Positions 23,000 to 34,700 of a DNA stretch of 64,000 nt are shown here, piece by piece; within the stretch, counting starts at the first letter, position 1; each line of letters starts with the position of its first letter. The position numbers were made by a program, and so were the translations under genes. Under the pieces are notes generated by a model, which was not told the DNA's origin, searched no databases, and saw only the letters and a list, made by a program, of their open reading frames with translations. Origin of the DNA: Psammoneis japonica (lineage: Eukaryota). The stretch spans positions 62,001 through 126,000 of the forward strand of contig QPGO01000131.1 of the NCBI GenBank assembly GCA_008632985.1, given 5' to 3'.

Positions 23000-23414
23000 C
23001 TTTCATACAGAGGAGTGTTGGTTCGGCAACAATATGATGACTTGTCAAAGAAGAGTGCGTCACGATTGATGGCTGTAATGAATTTCAAGCCGTCTCAAAA
23101 TTTCTCGTTTTAGCGCGGCGAAGTACGATCGTACTTTCTACGTAATTTTAAATAATACTGCCCCACACTTTTGGACTTTCCCACGGTTCCATTTCGTGCC
23201 CGAAGCAACAATCACCGTTCGGGCACGTGTATCGCGCAATTGTTCAGCAATTCGTGTAGTACTTCGTTTTCAGTTTGTTCTGTGTTCTTGTCGCTTGTCG
23301 CTGCTGTTGCGAGTGATTGATATTGTTCGTCTACAGAAACGTAGCAACATTCGAACCCTTGTTTGTTTTTCGATTGGAAGGGCATTCTACAAGGTCCCTG
23401 CTACGTCAGTCGCA

Positions 23415-24665
23415 ATGATGAGTTCTTCCATGAAGACACCGTTTCGAGAAAATGCAGAAGAGGTCTTGCCCGTCCACGTGAGCACTCCTCAAGACATGGC
23501 TCACGTGGTTGTAACCCTCTGCCCCGACTTGTTTCCTCGTCTGAATAGCAACAAGGACGAAACTGCTCCATGGGATGGCTTTCACGAAAAGAAAGAGGAC
23601 GCACAAGTCACCGCGAGCTCTCCCGGTCGTTGCAACGTACGACCTCTTTCAGGAGGGCTTTCGAATGAACTGTTTATTGTATCGTCGCGGGAAAAGGAAA
23701 GCAATTCTGTCTTGGTTCGGATTCATCCTCCTAGTCAAGAGGGACAAGACGATATTGTCAATCGAGAGGTTGAGAATCGAGTCATGGCCTTTCTGAGCAA
23801 AGAGGGAATTGCTCCCACCTTTTACGGACGCTTTCTGAATGGACGTGTCGAGGAGTTTTATACGAATTACCGCCCCTTGTCGTGTCAAGAAATGCCGCAA
23901 TACGCCTCTCAAGTAGCATTTCGTTTGGCTCAACTTCATCAGCTGACTGTTCCTGACGGAGTTCTTGCGATCAACGCAGTAGACTCCAGCGACTTCGGGG
24001 ACTACTGTGCTCAGGTCGAGTCTTGGCTCCAACTGGCACACAGACAACAAGAGCTTCATAAACGAGAATTATTAGAGGGAAAAGATTCCGTATTGTATCT
24101 GGATACACTCGAGAATGAACTTCAGTGGCTGAAACAACAACTGAGCTCGTCAAAAGTTGATGCCGACAGCAGTAGCACGGCATCTCGAGCGGCGACGTTT
24201 TGTCGAGAGATTGTTTTCACTCACATGGATTGTCAGTGTCTCAACGTGTTATTGTCTGAAAAAACAAATGATTTGAAAGTCATTGACTTTGAATACGCGG
24301 GTCGAAATGCCCGTGCCGCTGATATTGCCAATACCTTTTGCGAATTTTGCGACATGAACAAGCTCAAGGCGGACTTTGCAACACAGTATCCGTCGATTGC
24401 GTTGCAAAACGAATTTATTGAAGCCTACATGAACGTTATTAGGCCGGAATGGGTGCTAGAGTTAAAAGATACAGACTGTTGGGGGGAATTCTTATCCGGT
24501 ATGCGGCACGAGATTGGTCGACACACCTTGTTGTCGCATTTGGGATGGGCGGTATGGAGCATTGTACAGAGCGAGAAGTCTGCAATCGATTTTGATTATA
24601 TTGCTTATGCGAAACTTCGAATGGAGGGGTACAACTACTTTCGATCGAAATACTTTGACATATAA
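23415..24665 (+). CDS. Choline/ethanolamine kinase
   Basis: LSGGLSNEL, VLVRI, RFLNGRVEEF, Brenner motif FTHMDCQCLNVL, VIDFEYAG, DIANTFCE. Confidence 0.93.
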   Translation: MMSSSMKTPFRENAEEVLPVHVSTPQDMAHVVVTLCPDLFPRLNSNKDETAPWDGFHEKKEDAQVTASSPGRCNVRPLSGGLSNELFIVSSREKESNSVLVRIHPPSQEGQDDIVNREVENRVMAFLSKEGIAPTFYGRFLNGRVEEFYTNYRPLSCQEMPQYASQVAFRLAQLHQLTVPDGVLAINAVDSSDFGDYCAQVESWLQLAHRQQELHKRELLEGKDSVLYLDTLENELQWLKQQLSSSKVDADSSSTASRAATFCREIVFTHMDCQCLNVLLSEKTNDLKVIDFEYAGRNARAADIANTFCEFCDMNKLKADFATQYPSIALQNEFIEAYMNVIRPEWVLELKDTDCWGEFLSGMRHEIGRHTLLSHLGWAVWSIVQSEKSAIDFDYIAYAKLRMEGYNYFRSKYFDI

Positions 24666-24925
24666 TGAAGAACTGTTAAACTATTATGGGATGCTATTGG
24701 AATGCATGTGGCTTTTTTATTTTCAATTTGCGCGGAAGGACCAACGATGAACGGATGGCAGACAGAATGATTGAGTCGTGTTTGAACAACTCGAATAAGT
24801 TCTACGTTCAGTTCTACGTGAGTTTGTACCAGAGGACTTCAACACGCGGCGAAATGTGGCATCAGCCCGCCCAGCTTCGCGATCTCCAGATCTTCTCACA
24901 ATGACACGGTTCGCAAATTCGCACA

Positions 24926-26714
24926 ATGGAGACAACGGAAGAAGACAAGAGCGCCGCTCTGACGGCAAGTTTATTGGAGGGAAACACTGAGGATGTGAAT
25001 AATGAAGAAGCTGTTATTCGGCCTGTTGAACCAGTCGATGTGGAACAACAACCGTTGGACCCGAATGCGTCGTCTGCTCGTGATTGGGAGGTTGGAGAAA
25101 AGCAGGAATCGAAGTTTCGTGATGTGGTTTGGGCAGCTCTCTTTGTAGTACACGTGCTTGTCGTGCTGGTCATTGCATGTGTTTGGGGCATTCCTGCATT
25201 CAGCTGGGTACCAGATGGAGGGACAAACGAAGATACTACCGTTCACGTGTCTGGTGTTTTGTATCTTTGCCTACTCGCTGGACTAGCGTCGGTGGTGATT
25301 TCCGGGTTGACCTTGGGCGTCATGATTCGACACGCTGAGGTCTTGGTACAGATAAGTGTCCTGTTTTCGATCACAATGTCATTAGCTTTGGTGGTGATTA
25401 TGGCTTGTCAAGGAGAAGCGGGTGGCGCGAGTAAGTGGTTCAATGTTGGTTTCTCTCTGCGTTGTCTGGCGAAAACATGTGTACTTGTTCACTAATCCAT
25501 ATTTTCTTCTTTCTTCCTCATTCAAGTCATTGGGATTGTTTTCTTTCTCTTTGGCTGTTGCTACGCTTGGCGTGTGTGGAATCGCATCCCCTTTGCGGCA
25601 GCCAACCTAAGCACTGCCGTAACTGCCGTCCGAGCCAACTTGGGCGTGGCCTTGGTAGCGTACGGCATGGTGCTTGTAGTCTTTCTTTGGACAAGTCTCT
25701 GGCTGCTTTCACTTACCGGCGTTTACTTGAAATCAGTCCATTGTGAAGATGGGGTTTGTCAGGGACATGTTAATAGCTGGGTTATTGTGTTTTACCTCTT
25801 TTCCTACTACTGGACGCAGCAAGTCATCAAGAATGTCATTCACGTCACGGTTGCTGGCGTGGTGGGCACCTGGTGGATCGTCCCCTCGGAAGCGTCGTCC
25901 TGTTGCTCTCCAGCCATTATGGATTCCCTTGTAAGGAGCCTGACGTATTCCTTCGGATCCATATGCTTTGGAAGTCTCCTGGTGGCAGTCATCCGGGTGT
26001 TGCACAGCCTCGTAAGACAAGCTCGACGTGAAGGCGAGGACAATATTTTACTGTGCTTGCTGGAGTGTGTCATTTCACTTCTCGAGAGAATTATGATGTA
26101 CTTTAACAAGTGGGCTTATGTCTATGTCGGACTGTACGGTTATCCCTACAAGGAAGCCGGCCACCGCGTCATGACGCTGTTTTCAGCTAGAGGATGGTCA
26201 ACGATAATCAATGATGATCTCGTGTCCAATGCATTGGGTTTGATGACGCTTGTGATTGGGTGCCTCACTGGTGTTGCGGGTATGGCTCTCTGGAAGCTGG
26301 AACCCTCGTGGTTGACACCTTTTGCAGACTCTGCGCAAGGTGTTTCCTTTGGGTGAGTAAGATGCCGGACGTTGTAGTCTTGATTCGTCACTCCGCTTCA
26401 TCTCATTGTTGTTTAACATTATTTCTTCTGTGGGTAGGTCGGCTTTCTTCGTTGGAATCATGATTTCTTCTACTCTTGTACGTTTCGACAAGATTACTTC
26501 CTTTGGGCGCCTCTGTAATCCCAAAATGTTCCTCTCACCGTCTTTTTGTTTCCGTTCGTCGGTTGTTTAGATGAGTGTGATTGCCAGCGGAGTCGACACA
26601 GTTGTCGTATGCTTTGCCGAAACTCCATCCGAGTTTAGAGCAAATCATCCGGAATTGAGTGAAAGGATGCTTCAAGCATGGACGGCGGCTTACCCAAGGG
26701 ACTTTCGTGTTTAG
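24926..26714 (+). CDS. Choline transporter-like protein (CTL/SLC44/Pns1); introns about 25431-25526, 26353-26437, 26478-26570
   Basis: FRDVVWA, RIPFAAANL, HVTVAGVVGTWW, SFGSICFGSLLVA, FNKWAYVYVGLYG, IINDDLV, VDTVVVCFAE; GT-AG sites in frame. Confidence 0.92.
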
Positions 26715-27126
26715 AAAATATTCCGGATTCTTCATTGGAATCCTGTCCGAGATTCAGTCGCACGAGTTTGATTCGATCGAGACAAAAGTACGCGCTGCAT
26801 CAGTAATTCTACGTATTCTCTAGAGGAGTAATTACATTTTTCTATTTTCGAGTCGTCGCTGGTCGTACCTTACGCTCATTCGCACTTCTCACAACGTTGG
26901 TGTCTGGAGCATACTCTAGTTCGTTGCGTACTAGCTCGTTGGATTAAAAAACATACTGAAGATTGCCACAACACGTTTTGGGGAGATACCCCGACAAATT
27001 GAGAAAGTACGAGTCTACAAAAAGGACGTCTGTCGACTGGCGATGATTCAATTCATACTCGAGATTCCCGCAATTTGCGCAGAGTCAAAAATGTAAGTCG
27101 CGCTCGCCTAGACCCGCGGCAACTCA

Positions 27127-28518
27127 TCAACTGCTTCTTACTGGTAGCTTGTTTCGAGCTTGCTCAATAGCATCTTCATTCTTCAATATCAGCAATCTGT
27201 CCTCATCCACAATGTTTTGACCATCATCTCCCACACCAAACGCCAGCGAATGCAGCTCATCCAACACCATGTGTAGTGCCAGTGATTCCTGCAATTGGTA
27301 AAAGAGGGATGGTCGCTTTCCATTATCCGTGTGCCGTTCAATGACAATGGCATCGTCACCCAGCCCAATCGAAAACATTGCAGTCTCATCCTTGAATACC
27401 ATCCCCAGCGGCACATCGTCTTGCTGAACGAACCGCCACGTTCCCTTGGACGGCTTATTCTGCAAGGCCAGCAAGAAAAAGGAAAGCGCCACACGCAAAC
27501 CGCCGTGTCGCATCTCTACAACTGGAATTTCAAGTACCTTAGTAGGTGCGTTTGGATCACTTGCGGCAGAAGCTGCGCCACTGTCGTCATCACCATTAGT
27601 GTACCGCGGAACAATCTCCGCCGGCTCTGTGTCATCAACGTACCATAGCGCAAGGTATACTCTCCTTGGCTCCGCGCAATTCTCCTTCTCGTCACTTTCA
27701 CTGCTGCATATCATATCCTTGTTTTCATCGTGAGCACCGACGACAATATTCTCAACCGGCAATGCACCGTGCAAATTCTCAATTCCACTGCTAAAGTACG
27801 CCATCCGTCCAGGTTCGGGCTTGACGAGGACCTCGGGTTCGCCAGTTTTATGATTTGCCCAGTAGAATTCACCTCCACCAAAGCTATTGTAATCATTAAC
27901 GTAAACTATGCTTGCAGCTACTCTGGTAGGAAAAGGATGCTTTCTGTTTGGGTCGCATCGAAGAATACCGTCAATGTCGCGTGTGTAGAAGCAGTTGTCA
28001 GCATGGGGCGTGTGCTTGCCACCCTTTGTCTTTTGAGATAAATGAGTAAAATCAATCCTCAGCGTCCCAGGACACAGACCGAGAGCAAGTTCCGTCTCTA
28101 ACCGGATCTTTTCCCGTATACTCAAATATCGTTTGTACTGCTCCTCGGTAGCAAAACCGGTGGTTGGGTTGGACAATTGCTTCAGCTCCAATCCAGAGAG
28201 GTTGGGCTGGGATTGAGTTTCACCGCCGTATTGCTGAGCGTTGTATCCTGATCCCGAAACGTACTTGTCGGAGGAGACTGTATCTAGGAGGAAGCGACAT
28301 TCTTCAGGAGTTAGCACATTGTCCTTTGTTCCTCGGAGCCTCTGGAGATGAGGTGTTGGACTACTGGTTTTCTGGTCGAGGGCATGTGAAATGCGATCTT
28401 GCAGGTCGGTTGAGTTGCTGCAGGATGAAGGCGACGATGACAATGGTGAGCACGATGCTTTGACCACGAGAAAGGTGACGACGGCGATGGAGAAAGTACG
28501 GACTCCCATCGTCACCAT
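27127..28518 (-). CDS. Secreted or ER 2OG-Fe(II) dioxygenase (prolyl hydroxylase-like)
   Basis: Signal peptide; HTPHADNC (HxD), YVND...FGGGEF, ENLHGALPV, RRVYLALW. Confidence 0.8.
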   Translation of the reverse strand: MVTMGVRTFSIAVVTFLVVKASCSPLSSSPSSCSNSTDLQDRISHALDQKTSSPTPHLQRLRGTKDNVLTPEECRFLLDTVSSDKYVSGSGYNAQQYGGETQSQPNLSGLELKQLSNPTTGFATEEQYKRYLSIREKIRLETELALGLCPGTLRIDFTHLSQKTKGGKHTPHADNCFYTRDIDGILRCDPNRKHPFPTRVAASIVYVNDYNSFGGGEFYWANHKTGEPEVLVKPEPGRMAYFSSGIENLHGALPVENIVVGAHDENKDMICSSESDEKENCAEPRRVYLALWYVDDTEPAEIVPRYTNGDDDSGAASAASDPNAPTKVLEIPVVEMRHGGLRVALSFFLLALQNKPSKGTWRFVQQDDVPLGMVFKDETAMFSIGLGDDAIVIERHTDNGKRPSLFYQLQESLALHMVLDELHSLAFGVGDDGQNIVDEDRLLILKNEDAIEQARNKLPVRSS

Positions 28519-28559
28519 AGCATTACCGGTATGTTGAGCTCCGACCAGACTTCAAAACT

Positions 28560-28587
28560 CACGCACGCACGCACGCACGCACACGCA
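28560..28587. repeat. (GCAC)n microsatellite
   Basis: cacgcacgcacgcacgcacgcacacgca. Confidence 0.85.
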
Positions 28588-29004
28588 GTTTTGCGCAGCA
28601 CAGGAGACCATATCTGATTAAGGAGAACGTCAAAATTTTGGCCCTAGCTCTTTGAGTTTCAGTTTGCTGGTGGCTTGTATTAGATTAGCCAGTTCGCAGC
28701 TACAGCACCAATGATGCACTGATTTTGGTCGTCAATCTCATTCATTCTTGCTGCCTACTCTATTCTAGAGTGGCTATTTGAGCTATCACAGCTAGCTAGC
28801 TAGCTCTTGAGTTTGAGACAGAGCGTCCGTCGTCCGTCCAGTGGACAGTGGAGGGTGTGAGTGCGGCAGACAGTCAGACCGGATCCGGATCTTGGATCGC
28901 TCGCCATGGCGGCTGACTGATTCCGTAGATTATAAGGAAGGTGTTGTAGCATTGTTCAGAAGAGTCGCTGTTCTTGGTCCATCTTCTTGGTTTTGTGTCG
29001 AACC

Positions 29005-30346
29005 ATGGTGAGCTGTGTCTCGACTTGCCTGGATTCATTCCAACACTCTCCACAACCCACAACACGTTCTTACGACGCGTGCGATTCTGTTGCAGTCTCT
29101 TATCCTTGGACCTCATGCAGTTGTCAAGCCCAAAGGTGTTGTGATTAAGCACGTCCGAGCTTATACCTTTGGAAATGATGACCTAGAAAAATCTTCTGGA
29201 GGAGGCGCTGATTGCCATAAACAGGCAGCGGGGCACTGGATTGTCGACAGCGACATTGCAAATCCCATGAGTGTCTACGAACAGTACCGAGCTTCTAGAA
29301 CAAGTTGGGGAATTAACGCCATGGGAAGCATCGTTGTGGAAATAGAACTTTCAAATGCAATGGTAGGGGTGGGAATTTCCATTGGCGGTGAAGCTGCCTG
29401 TTTTATCGTTGAGAAGCATCTATCGCGTTTCGTAGAGGGACAAGAGCCATCGAATGTAGAACTGATTTGGGATCAAATGTGGAGGTCTACCATCAACTAT
29501 GGCCGAAAGGGTTTGGCGGTTCAGGCCATTAGTGCAGTCGACCTTGCGATTTGGGATGCTCTTGGTCATCTCCGGGGTCTCCCAGTCTATGAACTACTTG
29601 GGGGTAAAACAAAGGAAACCATGCCTGTTTACGCTACTACTGCAAGGCCGGACTACGCAAAAGAGATGGGCTTTCATGGTGCCAAGTTCCCTCTCCCATT
29701 TGGTCCGGCCCAAGGGCAGGAAGGAATGCGCAAAAATATTGAATTAGTAAAGAAATGGCGTGAAGCAGTTGGGCCGGACTTTCCGCTCATGATTGATTGT
29801 TACATGTCCCTGACGGTGCCGTACGCCATTGAGCTCGCCAGACGGTGCGAACCATACAATGTCCAATGGATTGAAGAAATGCTTCCTCCAGATGAATATG
29901 ATGGATACGCAAGAATCAAGGAACAGGTCAGCTCAACACTCCTGACTACGGGTGAGCACGAATACACGCGTTGGGGTTTCCGAACTCTACTGGAGAAGAA
30001 GTGTTGCGACGTGCTACAGCCTGATATAACCTGGTGTGGCGGAATCACAGAAGCTAGACGAATTGTTGCATTGGCTTCCGCCTTTGATATTCCCATCATT
30101 CCTCATGGCTCAAGCGTGTATTCATACCATCTGCAGATTGCTTTCCCCAGCTGTCCAATTGCCGAGTTTCTCGTCATGTCTCCCAAAGCTGACCAGATTG
30201 TCAGCTATTTTGGAAAACTCTTCAAGGACGAGCCACTACCAAAGGATGGGTATGTAGAGCTTGCCTCTGACAAGCCTGGCTTTGGCGTAGAGCTCAATCG
30301 AGACGAGCTAAACCTTATGCGTCCATACCCGCGTGGCACGCAATAG
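29005..30346 (+). CDS. rhmD: L-rhamnonate dehydratase (enolase superfamily, RhmD/LRA3); ATG-only first exon, intron 29008-29095
   Basis: GHWIVDSDIANPMSVY..Y..SRTSWGIN, YGRKG, AISAVDLAIWD, LMIDCYMSL, WIEE, GEHEYTRWGF, QPDITWCGG, IPHGS. Confidence 0.92.
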
Positions 30347-30407
30347 TAGCATGGTAACTCCTTTACCTAAGATTGGCTGTCTTTGTTTTCAATTGTCCCA
30401 TTATTGT

Positions 30408-32163
30408 TCAGTAAACGGCCCTTCCTCTACTGGCGTCAAAGAAAAAGCCAGTCGTAAAGGCGGCTTCCGGAGAGGCAATGAGGCAACTAGCCTCGCAATC
30501 TCATCAATCGTTCCACGCCTCTTCATCGGTATTTCTTCAGTCATGTGCTTCACCTGCACAGCAGGAACATCTTCCACCATTTTCGTCTTTTACTACAGCC
30601 GGTACAAGCGCATTGCAGGTGATGCTGGTCTCGGCGCATTCTTTTCCAGTCGTCTTTGCTGCAGCAATCACGGCCGCCTTGCTGGCAGAGTGGGTCGTGG
30701 GCTGGCATCCCTGTGTTGTCCTCCTTCCCGACAATGGACGCAATGTTGACGGTGTGTCCACATCTGTGATCCTTCATGTGGGGAAGCAAAGCTTTACATC
30801 CATTGAAGATGCCCTTGATGTTGACATGAAAGATGGCACCAAAGTTGTCAGGTACGACATCTTCAGTCTTGTGGTTTGTTGCTCCCACAATCCCTGCACC
30901 TGCCCCAGAACATCTGCACAACCACCACTTCTTTCCACAGTGCTCCTCCCCAGGCATTTGAAACTGCTGTGGCATCTGTCACATTGCAAGCATCAAACTG
31001 AAAAGGTTGAACAATGTGTCGCATCTTGGAGCACACTGTGTTGAGTGTGTCTTGGCCCAAACCAAGAACAATTGCAACATGGGAAGCCAACTCCAAACCA
31101 AGTTGAGTGGCAATGATGTGTGGCCAATTCCACAAGCACCACCAATGACAATGCATGTCATGCCCTGGAGGCAACTGGAGAGAAATGGCTTTGCAAGCTC
31201 AACAACATTTTCTTCTCATGGTTGCAGAGGTCCCACAATCAGCGCAACCAGCACTCCAATGCCATCAATCTCACACTTGACAACGTGTCACCAGGTGCAA
31301 TCCACCTTGGAGGATTGCAAAAATGCCCCGCTCCTGGAGGTGTCCCCATTGCAACAATGTCTCAAGCGTGCAAGGTTGCTCATGAATCTGGATGTGAGTG
31401 TGATGAGTGTGTCAAGGGGGGAAGAAGACAAGCTCTTTTTGTCGAGGAGACTTGGAGCATCTTGCCATTGACACAGCACCAAATTCCAGCATTGTGAACA
31501 CTTTCAAATGTCACCTCATCTTGAGTGACACAGCTGCTGGACCAATTCTTGGAGCATGTCCATCTGCAGCTTTTCCCAGCAGCTGCTGATCTCCATTCTG
31601 TTCAACAAGCTGCCGATCTCTTGCCAAGATGTCATGGTGCACCGCTGTGTGACGGCTGCCAGTGTGATGATTCGCAGCTTTTTCTCATGGTGCATTTCAA
31701 GGCACCATCAATCCACAATGACCACACCAAGCCTGGCTTCACAATCAAGCTTTTTGGTGGCTTTGTCTTTTGATGCCAGATTGCCTGGTCCAACAAAACA
31801 AGAGCCAAATGTTTCAAAAAGACTGGCACCAGCTCTTCCAGAGTCGGGACATTTTGTCAAGTGCAGTGATCAATGCAGCTCATTCCCACGCAAAAGAACT
31901 TCCCTCCACAAGCCACCCATCAAATGGAGCAAGATTGCAACAATCTTGTGACTGCACATGTGACAACAGGCTTTTGAGAGTGCAAGATTTAATGAGAGGG
32001 TTTGTTTTCAAGAACGCGCTGCCAGATCGGCAGCCAAAAATGCTCTTGCATCAGGAGAAATCAATGAAAAGTCACAGCACCTTTTAGCATTGAGGGTCTG
32101 AGCAACAAACTTCACCTTGCTGAGATGGGCAATGCTTGTAAGATGGGCCGTGGTGAAGCACAT
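30408..32163 (-). pseudogene. Decayed fusion of a fumarylacetoacetate-hydrolase domain and a short-chain dehydrogenase (LRA6-LRA5-like)
   Basis: FAH remnants: GKFFCVGMSCIDHC, KLDCEARLGVVI, LLGKAADGHAP, MGTPPGAG...PPRWIAPGD, KCEIDGIGVL. SDR remnants: CIVIGGACGIG, VNIKG.F, VNIASIVGKE, HSASKAAVI, IPMKRRG, GRAVY*. Many frameshifts and stops. Confidence 0.85.
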
Positions 32164-32199
32164 GTTGGGATCTGGAATCTGGGACACTTCCAACTCCTG

Positions 32200-34700
32200 C
32201 TGGGGGATTGTCGCATGATGTGGAGGTTCTTTCCATGTGATTTCTGCAAGTCACTTCCTGGTGCAAAAAGCCAACAGCACAATGCAAAGTGTGGGTGCAG
32301 CAATGCAGGCTCTCTCAACACCAGAGTGCACCAAGATGGCTGGGTGTTGTGGGTTCATCTCTTTCCTTTGGCAAGCTGGTCAACAGATGTGACACAACAG
32401 AGGCTGCTTTCATTTCTGCTGCACTCTTTGCATGGAGGTTGAGCACTGCCATGATGACCAGACTAGAGAAATGGCAATTGTCAACGCAAGCTCTTTCAGG
32501 TCTGTGAGGAAATGCAAGAGAGCACATGGGTGCCATCTGATTTTGAAGGAAGTTGTCATGGGTGAGAGTTTTGTCAAGAAATTTGCAGATGTTTTCATGA
32601 TGATGAAAACTGAGTGACTTTGTTGTGTCACAACAAGAGTGAGAGCTGATCACAAAAGAGGCTGCTTGAAAACATCTTTCAAGTGAGTCAATCAACACAG
32701 AAACAAGCACTTTTGTCCCTTTTCAATGGGTGGTCCCACACACACTGCACATGCATTTTTTCATCTCTTGGCCTGTTGGTGTGCTGCTGGCAATCTCTCA
32801 AGACACACACAGTGTGCAATGTCCAGTGTGCTGCACGCCAACCAGGCCATTGAAGAAATGCATTGATTGATGTTTTACAAAGAGTGCTTCACTTTGGACT
32901 GCTTTGAACACAAAGCAAGCCTGTGGTTGCTTTTGTGCACACTTGATTTTTGACCAGTTTGCAGCTCTTGCATGCATTTGCTCAAAGTTTGGCTGCCACC
33001 GCAATGCAGACACCTCCTTTCTTGTTTTGGCATTGTGGCAATGGTTGTCTGTTGTGAAGAAACATTCCTGCTGCAGTGGTTGAAGAAGGCAGCACTCTTT
33101 TCCTTTTCTGAACGCCCCCAGGGTTCTGCAAGCACCCTGGTTTTGCTTTTGTGGAAGAAGTTTTTGAGAAGAGAGACTGGGCACATGACTCTGTTGCTTT
33201 CCTGCCATGATGCTTGCAACATGCAGCTGGGAGCAAGTTGTCAAATTGGAACTTTCCTGCTGAAGTCTGTGAGTTCTGATTGTGAGCAGGCACTCAAGGA
33301 TGGCAGCAGCACCAAAATTTTCATTTTCTGCAACACCTTTTCTTCAACCCATTTCAAGCTCGCATTGACCTTGTTTGGCAGCAAGAGTGCAGCCCACTGC
33401 TGATTCCCATTGTCTTTGTTGTTGTTCTGTGGCTGGCAAGCACAATGTGTGAAATCAATGGAGGAGGTTGTGGGCACATCACAGTGCTCATTTCTGATCC
33501 AACGGCTCATGGATTGATTGGATGATGTTGCAAGTTGAAGTTCAGCACAAGAAGATGTCACAGATGTGGTCAACCACAATGTGTTGGTGGTGTCATGATT
33601 GGGGGAATCAAGCAAAGAGATTGGAAGGAGAGAGCAGGGGTGTTTGGCAGGTGGGTGGAGAAGGAGGGGCAAGAGCCAGAAAGTCAAAGGAGCTGGCCCA
33701 GGAGGGTGGCTTGGGTGGAGATTTGGCATGTGGAGAAGGAGGGGCAACAGCCAGAAAGTCAGAGGGGCTGGCCCAGCGTGGCTTGGGTGGGGAGGGATGG
33801 AAGAGAAAGGGGAGCTGGAGAGTCTGAAAAGGAAGGCAGCACTGTGTTTGTGGCAGCAGTGGCAAAGCAGCTGCCAGAGGTGAATGTGCTGTGGTGCCAG
33901 AGCTTGTCCCAGGCACTGCTGAGGCAAGCCTTGGCAATGATGTGTTCTAAAAGGGGCTGCAGATGGGGCAAAGAGGAGCAGGGGGGCAGGGACAGCAATG
34001 TTGACAGCAAGAAAGAGCGGTGAGTGGGTGGGGTGCTGGGGGGTGGGTGGAGCCAGGCAGGAACAAGAAGCTGAGCTCTGGGATGCTCTCAAGGGGGGAG
34101 GGCAGTCAGGGAGGAAGCCTTGGAAGGCTTGAGAAAGACTTGATGATGGGGTGTTGGCAGTTGGCAGAGGCTGCTGAGGGGGTGGAGGGTTTTGACAATG
34201 GAGCAAACAGCGTTGTGGGTGCGGGGCTGGATGAGGAGCCTTTGCGCTTTGCGCGCATTTTAGAGCACACGGCACATGCTGGAGGCACATGATCGCCAAA
34301 TGTCTCTGGGGACAAGTGACTGCAGGGGCAGGGAGAGGAGTGTCAGAGGTTTGGAGGGGTGGCAGGGGTGGTGGGAGCAGCAGGGAGCCAAAGCCGTTGA
34401 AGGACAAGGGGGGCAAATTGTTGGGGCAAGAGCAGGGGCGGAAGCTGCAGAGGTGGGAGCAGGAGAGGGAGGAGTGTTGGAGGGCAGAGGCTGGCAAAGG
34501 GAGAGAGCAGTGAAGGGAGTGTCAGTTGGAGGTTGGGGTGTTGAAGAAGGAGAGGGTGGTCAGCACTCACCTGTGTTGTTGTGGGCAGGTGTGTGTTGGG
34601 CCGGGTGCTGGAGGTTGTTGCCAGAAGTGGCAGAGGGCAGGAGGGGCAGCGAGTCAAACAAGCTGGAAGAGTTTGGCCAAAGAGGGTGGAATCGAGGAGC
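32200..34700. mobile_element. Relic block depleted in TA and CG, with a G-rich low-complexity part
   Basis: Dinucleotide depletion; internal repeat agccagaaagtca.agg.gctggcccag near 33673 and 33749; only spurious ORFs. Confidence 0.45.

Larger units (their letters stand above)
18073..23190 (-). mobile_element. PIF/Harbinger-ISL2EU-like DNA transposon, 5118 bp, with about 35-bp TIRs and an AT target-site duplication
   Basis: Left end ggaaccatgggaaagtcaaaatcgtggggcagcact matches the reverse complement of the right end, ggaaccgtgggaaagtccaaaagtgtggggcagtatt. AT flanks both ends (18071-18072, 23191-23192). A transposase lies inside. Confidence 0.85.

Noticed and set aside
33241..34497. 418-aa Pro/Leu-rich ORF
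   Set aside because: Lies in a TA-free, C-rich strand and has no domain; probably a compositional artefact.
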